Assembly: GCF_902713615.1 (NCBI RefSeq)
Contig: NC_052149.1
Span: 165,540,379-165,604,378 of the forward strand
DNA length: 64,000 bases
Reading direction: 5' to 3'
Source: Scyliorhinus canicula
Lineage: Eukaryota
Shown: in pieces, positions 26,457 through 38,104 of the stretch
Layout: the number at the start of each line of letters is the position of its first letter
Numbering within the stretch: position 1 is the first letter of the stretch
Notes under the pieces: generated by a model
Seen by the model: the letters and a program-made list of their open reading frames with translations, nothing else
The model's database searches: none
Told to the model about the DNA's origin: nothing
Translations under genes and position numbers: made by a program

Positions 26457-27377
26457 CTAGTTCAAGTCCAGTTTCTCCGTCCGCACGAAGGCCCACGCCT
26501 CCTCCGGGGAATCGAAATAATGGTGCCGGTCCAAATAAATTACCCACAGGCGCGCGGGCAGCAACATTCCGAACTTTATCTTTTTTCTATAAAGCACCTC
26601 TTTCGTCCGATTAAATCCGGACCGCCGCTTAGCCACCTCCGCACTCCAGTCCTGGTAGATCCGCACTACCCCATTCTCCCAATTGTTGCTCTTCACCTTC
26701 TTGGCCCAGCGCAGCACGCAGTCCCGATCACTGAACCGGTGGAACCTCACCAGCACCGCACGCGGGGGTTCATTCTCCTTAGGCCTCCTGGCCAGTACTC
26801 TGTGTGCTCCCTCCAGCTCCAGGGGCAGATGGAGAGACCCGGCCCCCACTAGCGAACCCAGCATTACAGCCACATAGGCTGTCAGGTCCGATCCCTCCAG
26901 CCCCTCCGCAAGGCCCAAGATCCGCAGGTTTTTCCGCCTCATGCGGTGATCCAGCTCCTCGAAGCGTTCCTGCCACTTCTTGTGGAGTGCTTCGTGCCCC
27001 TCCACCTTACTCACGAGGACCACGGCCTCCTCCTCTCGTTCAATGGCCTGCGTCTGCAACTTCTTGATGGCAGCACCCTGGGTGGACTGAATCTCTGACA
27101 GCCTTCTGTTTGTTTCCTGCAGAGAGCTCAGTACTTCATCCTTGAATTCTTTAAAGCAGCGCAGGAGATCAGTTTGTTGTTTCTGGGCCCAGAGTCTCCA
27201 CTCCTCTGGAGCTCTGTCGGTGGCCATCTTGGATCCCTTCCCCCGTTTTTTCTGAGGAGCTGCTGCTGTTTTTTCCACCTTTCCACTCCGAGTTCGAGGC
27301 ATGGACTGCAGGGAAAGTCGTTCAGCACACCTTCCCCCACCGGGAGACGTTGAAAAATTTCCGTTTTGGGCTCTCAA
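26457..27377 (-). CDS. L1 ORF1p (coiled coil plus RRM/CTD, Transposase_22-like); true start may be the internal MPRTRS
   Basis: RRKNLRILGLAEG, PPRAVLVRFHRF, IYQDWSAEVAKRR and YFDSPEEA motifs; uninterrupted. Confidence 0.88.
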   Translation of the reverse strand: MRAQNGNFSTSPGGGRCAERLSLQSMPRTRSGKVEKTAAAPQKKRGKGSKMATDRAPEEWRLWAQKQQTDLLRCFKEFKDEVLSSLQETNRRLSEIQSTQGAAIKKLQTQAIEREEEAVVLVSKVEGHEALHKKWQERFEELDHRMRRKNLRILGLAEGLEGSDLTAYVAVMLGSLVGAGSLHLPLELEGAHRVLARRPKENEPPRAVLVRFHRFSDRDCVLRWAKKVKSNNWENGVVRIYQDWSAEVAKRRSGFNRTKEVLYRKKIKFGMLLPARLWVIYLDRHHYFDSPEEAWAFVRTEKLDLN

Positions 27378-27839
27378 AAGAGCCGAAAAATCTCTTTAAA
27401 ACGGGAGCTCCCACATGTGTGGCTTATTGCTGCATCACTGCCACCGGAAGTCGTTTCTTTTCATACTTAATATCAGCTATTGCTACCTTCTTTATTCTTT
27501 GGCTACTCTTTACATATCTCACAGCCATCTGGATTTGCATTACTTTTTGCAGTTGTATTTGCTCTTTGTTTTAGTTTTGTTATCCCTTGCCTGTCAATGG
27601 AATGTTTTATTTGGTAAATAAAGCTTTTTCCTCTGGATCCTTGTTAAAGCTAACCATACTAAAATTTAGTCACTGTTCTAAGTTTCTTCTCTATTCAGAG
27701 ATTATCTCATTTAAATCTGCCATTATCAACCTCTCTTCAAAAAAATAACTCTTGACCCACCACCATCCTTGCAAATTAAAGTCCCATCTCCAACCTCACT
27801 TTCCTCTCCAAAAGTGCCATAGTACCAAAACAGATCCTA

Positions 27840-28330
27840 CCAAAGGTAAACAATGCCCCCTCCCCCCCTTCTCATCCTGTCAGCAACCTTTGACATGCTT
27901 GAGCACCCCATCCTCCTTCAATGACACTCCACTATCGTCCAATTAGGTGGGATTTCACTCAATTGGATCTATTCTTATCTATCTCATCAGACCCAGAGGT
28001 TCATTTGCCCCACAACTTATTTTCCTGCTGCCCACACCATTATCTATGATGTCCTGCAAGGTTCTAAGCTAGGCCCTCTATTTTGCGTTTAAATGCTGCC
28101 CCTCAATGGCATAATCTGAAAGCACTCCAATTTTTCATGTGTCTGCTGACAATATCCTACCTCACAACCAGACTCCTCTATTTTGCTAAACCCTTAGCTG
28201 ACATTCTCAGTCTGCATCAGAGCAAACTTTCTCCAATATCGAGAAGACTAATGCCATCATTTTGGTCCCCGCTTCGACCTCTCTTCCCTAGCTACTGACT
28301 CTACTCCTCTCCCAGTCTTTCTAGTGTATT
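27840..28330 (+). mobile_element. L2-like LINE RT remnant
   Basis: LSATFDML-, VLQGSKLGPL- and SADNILP-like decayed RT segments; parallels 44140-44620. Confidence 0.55.
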
Positions 28331-28859
28331 TTGAGATAGACCAGGCATTTTTCAGCTGTGATAGTGCCATGTGATTGGCCTATTAACAATCTTTGTAGAA
28401 TCCCTACAGGGCAGGAGGCCATTCGGCCTGTCAAGTCTGCATTGACCATCCGAAGAGAACCCTCCCAGGGGCCCACTCCCCACTCTATCCCTATAACCCC
28501 AGCTATAGGAAATCAGAACAACTGGAGGAAACCCAAACAGGCACGTAGAGAACATGCAAACTCCAGTCACCCAAGACTAGAATTGAACCAGGGTCCCTGA
28601 CGCTGTGAGGCAGCAGTGATTATCACTGTGTCACCATGTAAATAGGGCCAGATTTATTTTCTCACCTTGCAAGCTTGATGCAGAAATAAAAAGCCACCCT
28701 GTGGAACAATGGCTAGCCTGATCAGATTACTGTTTACTTTGTATCATACAAACTCTCAAATATTTCAAAGACTGTCACATTATGGACCTGAAAAGCACCC
28801 AGTCTACCTCAAATTACCACTGAAAGGCAAAAGTCACTAAAAATGTGAATAATAGTTGA

Positions 28860-29485
28860 TATCCGGTGATGACCCAAGTGGTATTTTCCTCTAATAGGAT
28901 GCTGTTGTCAGTTCAAAATGATGTTCTACCCACCACACAATTGAGCAACATTGCATATGAAATTCAGTGCCGGCGTGATGCCAGGTATGTACGCCATATG
29001 GCTGATCGAATCGAACATATTCCTTCAGCAATTAATAAAAGGTTTAACCAGTCCACGCTTTAAAAACCCAAAATAAAATACCTACTGTTAGATGCGATTC
29101 CAAAATTGGGCAGGACTTGCTGGAAATCCTGAGTGTACTAATAACTATACAACCAATTAAAAATAATCAGTTGCGCTCGGGACACATTTAAACTTGCGAG
29201 AAATTACATACATTCGTAACCATGGGCCAATTATCTGCTAACAAAAGGAAACTGTTTAAGCCTTGTGCCTTTTTTAAATTACTCAAAAGCATGGGAGCAT
29301 ATAGTCCTCCATTGCTTTCTCCATGGTAACACCATAGCCAATCAAGAATCCACTTGTCGACAATCAGTGCCCTTTTCTCCTGTAGTACAAATTGTAGTGA
29401 TTGGTTGAAATTAGGTATTTTTCCTGATGAATGAAAGATAAAAAGCTCAAGATAAAAAACACACCTCCCTTTTCAGTAATATACT
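28860..29485 (+). mobile_element. Penelope-like element 3' remnant (GIY-YIG endonuclease plus terminal repeat)
   Basis: SNIAYEIQCRRDARYV…ADRI, then DSKIGQDLLE and IC*QKE remnants. The downstream non-coding segment recurs at 2215-2425 (-) and 3725-3945 (+). Confidence 0.8.
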
Positions 29486-30710
29486 TACCGTTTCACATTA
29501 AATACAATTTGATTTCCATGTGGCCAAATTATAAATTTACTTACAAACTCCTGATTGCATAATGCACAGTTCCATTCATACTTCCACAGAATATAAAGGA
29601 ATTTTTGTGCCCACATGCAGCAATATCCATGTTTGGGCTGATCAAATGACAAGTAATTTTCGCATCAAACCTGGTGCTAGACAATGACCATCTCCAAGAG
29701 GGAGACCAACTCCTCTTCTGGACGTTTAATGGCATTGCCATCATTGAATACTCCAACATCAATATTCTGAGGTCACCGTTGACCAGACATAACAGGATCA
29801 GCCTCATAAATACTGTAGGTAGAATGACAGGTTATAGTGTGCATTCTGTGAGCATTTGACTCACTTCCTGACTTCCCAAAGCCTTTCCACCACTGACAAG
29901 ATACAAATCAGCAGAGTATAATGAAATAATATCACCATCCAGGAAAAAGCAGCTTGCTTTGATTGACACCATATCCACCAGCTCAAATATTCACTCTTTC
30001 CAACACAGGCACAACATGGCTACATTTGTATGCCATCTTCAAGATGCGCAGCTGCAACTCACTAGTTTCTTTAACAGCACCTCTGATCTTTTATCTAGGA
30101 CAAAAGGTGCATTGGGGCACCATGAGATCCAAGCTCCCTCCAAGTCACACACCATTTGACTTGGAACTATAACTTCTACTTCATCGTCGTTGGATCGAAA
30201 TCCTGAAACACTCTTCACCGCACGACTGCAGAGGTTGAAGAAGTGGCTACCTTCAAGAAGGTTCCCAACACAATCAGATGGACAATAAGTACCGGTCTTG
30301 CCTGTGGATTAATTTTTACAAAGCAGTTACTCATCTCTAACCTATTTTTTCCGTTGCAAAATTTTATATTTCTCTGGTTTTTAGGTTAGAGGCTATATAA
30401 ATACAAATTATTGTTTTCAAATGAGCAAACTCGGTGGTTTTACACCAGATTTTATATTTTTGTGTAGCTGGTGCAAACTGTCAATGTATGTCAGGAGACT
30501 GCACATTTGCATCCTATGATTTCCCATACATTGATTTTTTTTAATGATGCAGAAAATTTATATTTAAAATCTTTTGAATGTTATTTCATAAAAACAAGAA
30601 CTAACCTTTAATTGGAGTGAATGTTGCAAGAACTCTGTGGATAGGCTTAGACTGATGGGCTAGCTAGTACATAGTGGGAGAACCTGTATTTTTATTAAAA
30701 AGAGAGCGAG

Positions 30711-30879
30711 GGCGGCACTGAGGACCCGGCCCTGGGTCAGTGTGTGTGGAGTTTGCATTCTCCCCATGTCTGCATGGTTTTCACCCCCACAACCCAAACA
30801 TGTGCACGGTAGGTGGATTGACCATGGTAAATTGCCCCTTAATTGGGAAAAATATTAATTGGTACTCTACATTTATATT
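30711..30879 (+). mobile_element. SINE, short A/T-tail subfamily
   Basis: Same core and tail; 12-bp TSD aaagagagc(g/c)ag. Confidence 0.85.
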
Positions 30880-31591
30880 AAAGAGAGCCAGACTTTCATT
30901 CTCATGAAATCCCTTTCCAAAATGCTGATTGACATTGTTTCCCTCAACACAAGGCTCTCCTTCCTCATACCGGCTGACAGACTGCTCTTTCCCAAATTAT
31001 AGTAGCTGGTATTCTCCCTCAGTGCACAAGTGTACCAATACTGCCAGATGCTGAGAAATCCTTCTACCACTCTTAATCCCATTACCTGTCTTAGTGTTCC
31101 GAGACCTCTGGCACCTTTTCAGTCCTCTTAAAACTGCCTAAAGGTTAATTCCCATCCCAGAATACCCACATTTGCCTGCATTCTGAGATACCTGCCAACA
31201 CTGGTGAATCAATATAGAACATAGAACATTACAGCGCAGTACGGGCCCTTCGGCCCTCGATGTTGCGCCGACCCGTGAAACCATCTGTTTCTTCAGTAAA
31301 ATAAGTTGGCACGATAACTTTCCTGTGCAACACCATAGGAGGCCTGTTATTACATGTAACAGTGAAGGTACCAATTTATATTTAAAGTTTCAAATTTCTA
31401 TATTGCCATATTATTGTGAAAAAAATTCATAAGCATTCTAATTTGTATCTGCTGACATTATGTTTTTGGATGTTCCATTTTTGTGTTCTGCTCTTTTCTG
31501 TTACATCATGCTTGCATCATAATACTGAAGCTCACATCATATTATACTGCATCAATATGTAACAGCTGTAATTTTCATGTTCAGTATTGAG

Positions 31592-32611
31592 ATGGAGGTG
31601 GAAGATAAGAATCAAGTCCACCCCCGACCTCAGGGATCTCTGAAGACACACAAGGAGTCAGCAGGGAGTAAACCTGAGGCGACTGCTAGCAGCAGCTCAT
31701 TCTCCCCTCAAAGTGAGGAGAGCCTGATCCGAGCCCTGATTGATTTAGTGACTACAGCAGCAAAAACAGCTCAAAAGGCAAGAGAGAGTGAGAAAAAAGC
31801 ACAGCTTGCTTTTAAATATTCCGAAGAGGTGCTTTCTTATGCAAGCGATGTGACTGATAATGCTGAGCAGACACTGTTAACAGCCAAAACTCTGTCAGAG
31901 AGACTGGTCAAACATACTTCATATCTGGACTACCAACAAGTTTTCCGATCGGTTTCAGACCTTTCAACAGATTATGCAACATTTGCACAACTTCTGCAAC
32001 TATCAAATGCTGGTGATGATATAGGGAACTCTCGTTTATTAAAAAAAGGGAAAGGGTCCAGATATGGGAGAAGTGAGTCAAAGAGGGAACGACTGTGCTT
32101 CCTCTGTCACTCATTATCTCGCCGTGAAACTGACAATTTCACTCAGAAACGGTCCCAGAACATATCTCAATTGGGAGACAATTATGAGGGCATGATTGAA
32201 GCAGATGATGAAAATACAGATGAGGATGATTTAGGATTTGGGAAAGATGTTCATCGTAAACCTCAAACCACCATGTGTGCTGGGATAAATAGTTCTCATC
32301 ACAAGCAGGTGGAGGCTGTCCGGAAAGAGGAACACATGGGTGGGGCTTTTGTAATCAGCAGACGCAGATCTCCCCGGAGGTCACCCTCTGGTGGCCTTGA
32401 TGGACTTGTGTCACCACTCCTTACTGAAGATGAACTAACAACATTAAAACCATTGAGTCGTTCTCCCTCCCGCCAAGGATCAACAAAGGTTGTTTACAAG
32501 ATGATCCACCGAGACAAATCGCAGGAGAATTCAGATAGCGATATTGAACATTTAGAGGAACCAGCTCATGTTCACGTTTCTGGAACAGAAAATAAAGGTT
32601 TAGATACTTAA
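31592..32611 (+). CDS. Uncharacterised protein, about 339 aa, single large coding exon
   Basis: About 1 kb stop-free frame in non-repetitive DNA. Acceptor-like attttcatgttcAG ends at 31584, the Kozak context is gagATGG, and AATAAA occurs at 32663 and 32992. No TE motifs and no family recognised. Confidence 0.7.
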   Translation: MEVEDKNQVHPRPQGSLKTHKESAGSKPEATASSSSFSPQSEESLIRALIDLVTTAAKTAQKARESEKKAQLAFKYSEEVLSYASDVTDNAEQTLLTAKTLSERLVKHTSYLDYQQVFRSVSDLSTDYATFAQLLQLSNAGDDIGNSRLLKKGKGSRYGRSESKRERLCFLCHSLSRRETDNFTQKRSQNISQLGDNYEGMIEADDENTDEDDLGFGKDVHRKPQTTMCAGINSSHHKQVEAVRKEEHMGGAFVISRRRSPRRSPSGGLDGLVSPLLTEDELTTLKPLSRSPSRQGSTKVVYKMIHRDKSQENSDSDIEHLEEPAHVHVSGTENKGLDT

Positions 32612-35043
32612 AATTCTTCGTAGCAAAAGCATGACAGTATACCTGTGGAAATGACAGATCTAAATAAAAAAAATTACATTTTTTGTATAGAGTTCAGTTT
32701 TGCTGAAGTAGCTCATCCTTTGCTACCAGTGTTGTCCAATACATTAACCACTAGTCACATCTGGCTAATTGAGAATCCAAATGTGACTAACTCCAATTTT
32801 GGTTAGTTAAAATGAAGTGACATGTGATCTCATATGTTGATAAAATGACAAGACAAAGAGCCTGTATCTATTTTTTGATTATTGAGTGCACCCTTTGGCG
32901 TGTCTTGTATGAGTCAACATTTTCTGCAATCACTAATGAGACTGAAGTACTGTAACTGATGGAACAAAAATTTAATAGTGGCACTATGTCTAATAAATTT
33001 ATGTCAGAATTCCAAAGATTGGTGAGGCTGAATAAGTTTTGAACGGAGTGACGGTAATGTTTGTTAAGTAGACACTATTTATTTATATACAGTGTGTAAG
33101 GCATTTTTATTCAAATTAGTGCATGTGTTTAAAGTGATGCTGTAGCGAGCCAGCGATTTCTATTTGGAAGTGTGATATTACATGTACTTTGGCGACAAGG
33201 TGCAAAATGAATACTAGCAGGCATTCTGTGGAATCATGGTATGTATGGTAAATGGAGGCGTGTTGCAAGTAACAGAAGATCATGGAGTAAATGCATGCAG
33301 CAGAGCAACATGTGTGAGCAATGGAGAAACAAAGAGCGAGTGAACAGAATCTGTTGCAAATGACATTTCTGATTTACCACCTCCCTACAGCGATTAACTA
33401 GTAATTGCAATTTATTTTTACCCAAGCTTCACAATTGTATGCTATTGGAAAACCATTACATTTAAAAAGAACCTGACATTTCTTTATTGGCTGTAACTGC
33501 AGAGAACACGTTATGTCATGTTAAACTATATGTGGCACTTTAGGTTTTAGGATGGTAAAGTCACATGTAATTATGCCCTGGTCTCACCCCATAAATACGC
33601 AATCTGTCAACTTTTCACGTGACTGACATTCCAAACATGAACTCAATATGTTCAGAAGATGCTGAGACATGTGTGCACTACATTTTAGTTCCATCAAAAT
33701 CCACCTGGCCACTTTTGCAAGTTGTAATTTTGAGTGGGTGGCACATGGTTAATTGTGCAAGACATCACAGCTGTGCCCAATCTAATCCTTAATTGCATTT
33801 TATTAGTCCCTAGTGTACACCAAACAGGCACAGAAATAGTGCCTAATTTAACACTTAATTAACACAACATGCTGCTTTTTTGTAGCCCTAATTCAGGCTA
33901 GCTAACTGAAGAGGTCTTGTTGTTTTAAAATTAAAAACAAGTTACAAAGTATGTACTTTAATCGCAACAATGAACAAGATTTTCATATATCGGATTTTAT
34001 CACAACAGGAATCACTTGGAATAGTTTGTATAATTTTCAAGTGATGTAGCAGTCATTTTTAAGCTTACCAGTAATGACTACTGTGGGTAAACTGATAGCT
34101 TACTCCCCCATCCTCCTGATTAGATTGCTTTGTTTACCAAGCAACGTGAACATTTTAATCTAAATTTAATTCTGCAGCAGACAGAAAAGAAGCCCATTTT
34201 AAAGTACTGTAAAGCATTCCAAAGCACTTAACCAGTGTTTGTCCATTTTTTGGCAACCCACAGGAGAAATCTGGAAAGATGACCAAAAGCTTTATCAAAG
34301 AGATGGGTCTTAAGGAACCTCAAGGGAGAAGAGGGGTTTTAGGGAGCTTCTTAAAGGGGGGAAAGAAAAGTAGTGAGGTAGAGGGGTTTAGGGTAAATCT
34401 AGAGCTTATGCAGCTGACAATTGTGGAGTGATTAAAATTGGGGGTGTACCTTATACCCCAGTCTGATTCTCATATCTATCACAAATTTCACACACAGCCT
34501 CTAATCATTTAGGCATCAAATACAACCTATTCAATTCAAATGCTACCCTCACAATTCTCCATTGTCAAATAGTTTAATTCCATCCCGGAGTACATTTTTA
34601 TTGCAGACTGTAATTGTGACCAGAATTTGGGATTGGGTGGATTTGTGTGGTTCATTCAAATACAAGTTTGCAGTTCAAGAAGGCAGCTCATCACCACCTC
34701 CTCAAGGCCAACTCGGGATGATCAATAAATGCTGGCCTATCCAACTTTGAATTTTTAAAAATTCAAATGCTCTGTCACATAGTGGTACAATATCGGCATT
34801 TACACTCTTGTTGACTGCTTTCAGAAACTATTATGGCAAGATGCTTTCCCACAGAAGGAGAAATTGAAAGAACTGCCGCTTTAAGCTGAACGTTACTTCA
34901 CACATGAAAATTTCCATAGTATAGAAATTAAATGAATTCACTCCTAACGCAATCAACTGGAATTGAATGAGTTTGGTATTGACATGAAAGTAAGTTAAAA
35001 AATAAGGGTTTGGTAAAAGTAAACAAATTGCAATTTTTAAATC

Positions 35044-35049
35044 TTTATT
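35044..35049 (-). terminator. RPL26 polyadenylation signal AATAAA
   Basis: TTTATT on the plus strand, 26 nt past the stop codon. Confidence 0.85.
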
Positions 35050-35075
35050 GAAAGTAGCAAAGTTCCAACATTCAA

Positions 35076-35204
35076 TTACTCCTGCATTTTTTCTACAGAT
35101 TCTTCCTTGTATTTGCCCTTATCTTTGCCAACTTGGCGAGATTTGGACTTGCGTTCCAGGATCTTCTTACGATCCTTGTCTAGCTTTAGCCTGGTAATCA
35201 CCAC
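35076..35204 (-). CDS. RPL26: RPL26 last coding exon, aa 104-145 plus stop
   Basis: Manual translation [42 protein letters not shown]; acceptor ctctttcAG; total length 145 aa. Confidence 0.98.
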   Translation of the reverse strand: MVITRLKLDKDRKKILERKSKSRQVGKDKGKYKEESVEKMQE

Positions 35205-35822
35205 CTGAAAGAGATATATAAATTTATTGTTAATTATTCATATGTACAATAGTAGCAAACAGATCAAATCACATCCAGCATGCAATGTATATATAAAAGC
35301 AGGAAGTACAGTCAACTAAGAATAAATCCTCTGTTATGATATTCCGGGTGTGCACTCCCTTCATCATGACTAAAATGTCACAATTCACCATTTCTGAACA
35401 GAACCATCACTTCAATCATAACATTCCTGAAGCCCCAAAAGGACATGACAGGGGAGAAAAAGATCTCACAAGTAAATACAATTGGTTATTTTCAAGTGCC
35501 GTAACTTGTGGGTAAACACAACAGCCAGTTCACAAGCAGTTAAAAGCAGGTTCACAATGGCTGAATGAGGAATGTTTGCTAATACACCAAGAGAAACACA
35601 CATTACAGAACGGGTGACTATTCTTCCCATGTTGTTAAATATATTCAAGACTGAGATAGACAGATTTTTAAATCAGCACAAGAGTCGAATTATGAGGGAT
35701 AAGCAGAAACGTGTAGTTGAGAATCATCACATAAGATCAGTCGTGTGATCTCATTGAATGGCAGAGCAGATTCGATGGACCAAACTGCCTACTTCTGCTC
35801 TGATGTCTTATAATCTTCCCAG

Positions 35823-36403
35823 TGTCTTGCGAGAGTACCTTTAAGAAATGGGTGTGTATATAAATATCTGTAGTGCGATTACCTTTAAGAAATGGGTGTT
35901 TACTACTGCAGTGATGTCAAAGACAGGGTGGAGCTGGGCTGTCTGTCAGATTTTTACTTTAGTTTTTGAGCAGGCTGCAGGGTGTGTTTTAGTTTAGTTT
36001 TCAGTGTCGGAGCTGAAGCCAGACCAAGCAGGTGTACTGCTGTTCTCTCTGCCAGAATTATCAAATGCTCTCAGTAGTGAAGTTAAGCCTGATGGCGTTT
36101 TGAAGGTTTTTAAAAAAGTTTTATGGATGTGAAAAGGAAAGCTTAAATCATTACTTAGCGTTGTATTCTTTGGGGGTTGTATTTGAATTAATGGTTGCTA
36201 AGATGTTCACTGTATGTTTTAAAAAGGTTAACTTGAGTTCATAGAATAAACATTGTTTTGCTTAAAAAAAACACTTTTCCATTTCTGCTGTACCACACCT
36301 TTAGAGCGGGCCCTGTGCTCCCCATACCACAATCTATTAAAAGTTGGGTGTCAGGTGAACTCCATGATACAGTTTGGGATTCTCAAATCCCTGGCCCATA
36401 ACA
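35823..36403 (+). mobile_element. Solo LTR
   Basis: TGT…ACA termini, 4-bp TSD ccag, internal AATAAA, and a duplicated tacctttaagaaatgggtgt. Confidence 0.8.
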
Positions 36404-38104
36404 CCAGAAAACTAATTTTAGGAAAGTACCACCACCACATCCACTCCTCATTTGCCATCTCTTTTGAGACCAGAGGTGAAGTCCATAAGGACCCAGAGAT
36501 TTGTCAGCCAACAACTCCATCAGTTTGCTTTCCTAGTGATTATAATTTTAAGCTCCTCTCTCCCCTCCATTTCTCGATTATAACAATTCCTGGAATGTTT
36601 CTTGTATATTCTATGGTGAACAGGGAAGCAACATATTAGGTAATTTCATCTTCTCTTTCCTTATTATCTAGCAACTCGCCATTCTCAGGCTCCAGAGGAC
36701 CAAAGCTAGCTTTGGTACTATTTTCTTTGTTAAATACGGGTAGAAATTCTTGCTACTTGTTTTCACATTGTAGCCAACTTCGTCTCATACAATTTCTTTT
36801 TCATGATTGACTTTTCAAGTCTTAACTTTGAAGAGCTTGCACAGCTTGGTTAATTTACATCCACTGATTCTCTTGTGTCTCAATGATTATTGGGAGTAAA
36901 TGGGAGTAGAAACATTTTGGAATAAAGTTGAAAAAGAACGGATGGATTGGCAGCTTTATTCCTGCTCTATGCTTGACACTGAAATCGGACAGATCAAGGG
37001 GGGTGAAAACCAAGATGTTCCCGTGTCCAACAACAATCTAATACCAATGCTGGAAAATATGGTTATTTGAATTGTAGATTGAAAATATCCAAATGAAGAA
37101 ATATTAATTGCTGGAGGCATTGGAAGGTTGCGGACACCCACAGAAAAGCATCGACATTTAAGAAATTAGGCAGGTTCAATTGAAAAGGCAAGCAATTTAA
37201 AAGTCAACATTGAGGAACAGCAATTGTTGTAAAACATGCATCAACATAGATGTTAAATGGAACTGGCACATATACAAGTGTTAATACACATCAAAATCGA
37301 CAGTTCAAAAAGGCATAGTTCAGAAATCTAGCCAATTTCAGAAACCAGTTGACAAGTTTTATGATCCAAGATTTGACAGCAAAATAATTTATTGACTTAC
37401 AAAATAGGAGTAAGCCATTCAGCCCCTTGTGCCTACTCCTCCATTCATTATGATTAATCATCAATCTCAGTAACCTGTTCCCGGTTTCCCCCAAATCATT
37501 TGATTCCTTTAGCCCCAAGAGCCAGACCCGACTCCTTTAAAACATAGTTTTAAAACCTGCTCATCTTTGGACTATGGGAGGAAACCAGAGCACGTGGAGG
37601 AAACCCATGCAGAACTGGCTGCAGGATAATCTTCCCAGCACCAATGATGAAACAGTAATGGTCTATATGGGCAGCACAAGTGGATAGCACTGTGGCTTCA
37701 CAGCGCTAGGGTTCCAGGTTTGATTCCCTGCCTGGTCAATTTCTGTGCAGAGTCTGCACGTTCTCCCCGTGTCTGCATGGGTTTCCTCCGGGTGCACCGG
37801 TTTCCTCCCACAGTCCAAAGATGTGCAGGCTAGTTGATTTGGTCATGCTAATTTGCCCCTTAGCATCCAACGGTTAATTAGGGTTATGGGGATGGGTAGG
37901 CCTAGGTAGGGTGCACTTAGTGGGTCGGTGCAGACTCGATGGGCTGAATGGCCTCCTGTGCATTGTATGTTCTATATAGTTATCCAGCTCATTGCATGCA
38001 ACAGTAAAAACCTTTGGAACAATGATTTGAGTGCTTGCAAAAAAAAAAACAATCTTTTTTCTTCACATCTATTTAGGTTGTATCTTATAATCACGAGTTA
38101 TTTT

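Larger units (their letters stand above)
21744..27452 (-). mobile_element. Full-length L1-clade LINE, nearly intact
   Basis: Perfect 16-bp TSD gtttcttttcatactt (21728-21743 and 27453-27468), ORF1 and ORF2, poly-G in the 3'UTR, AATAAA and an A-rich tail; starts GACTTCCGGT. Confidence 0.96.

Noticed and set aside
22066-27067. Many plus-strand ORFs over the L1 (also over 38254-43608)
   Set aside because: Antisense frames of GC-rich L1 coding sequence, with no independent support.
35332-35423. Possible C/D snoRNA near the last RPL26 acceptor (9-bp terminal stem tgttatgat/atcataaca, internal ATGATGA)
   Set aside because: The terminal C box (GTGATGG) and D box (CGGA) are both non-canonical and no guide could be verified; an Rfam/snoscan hit would be needed.
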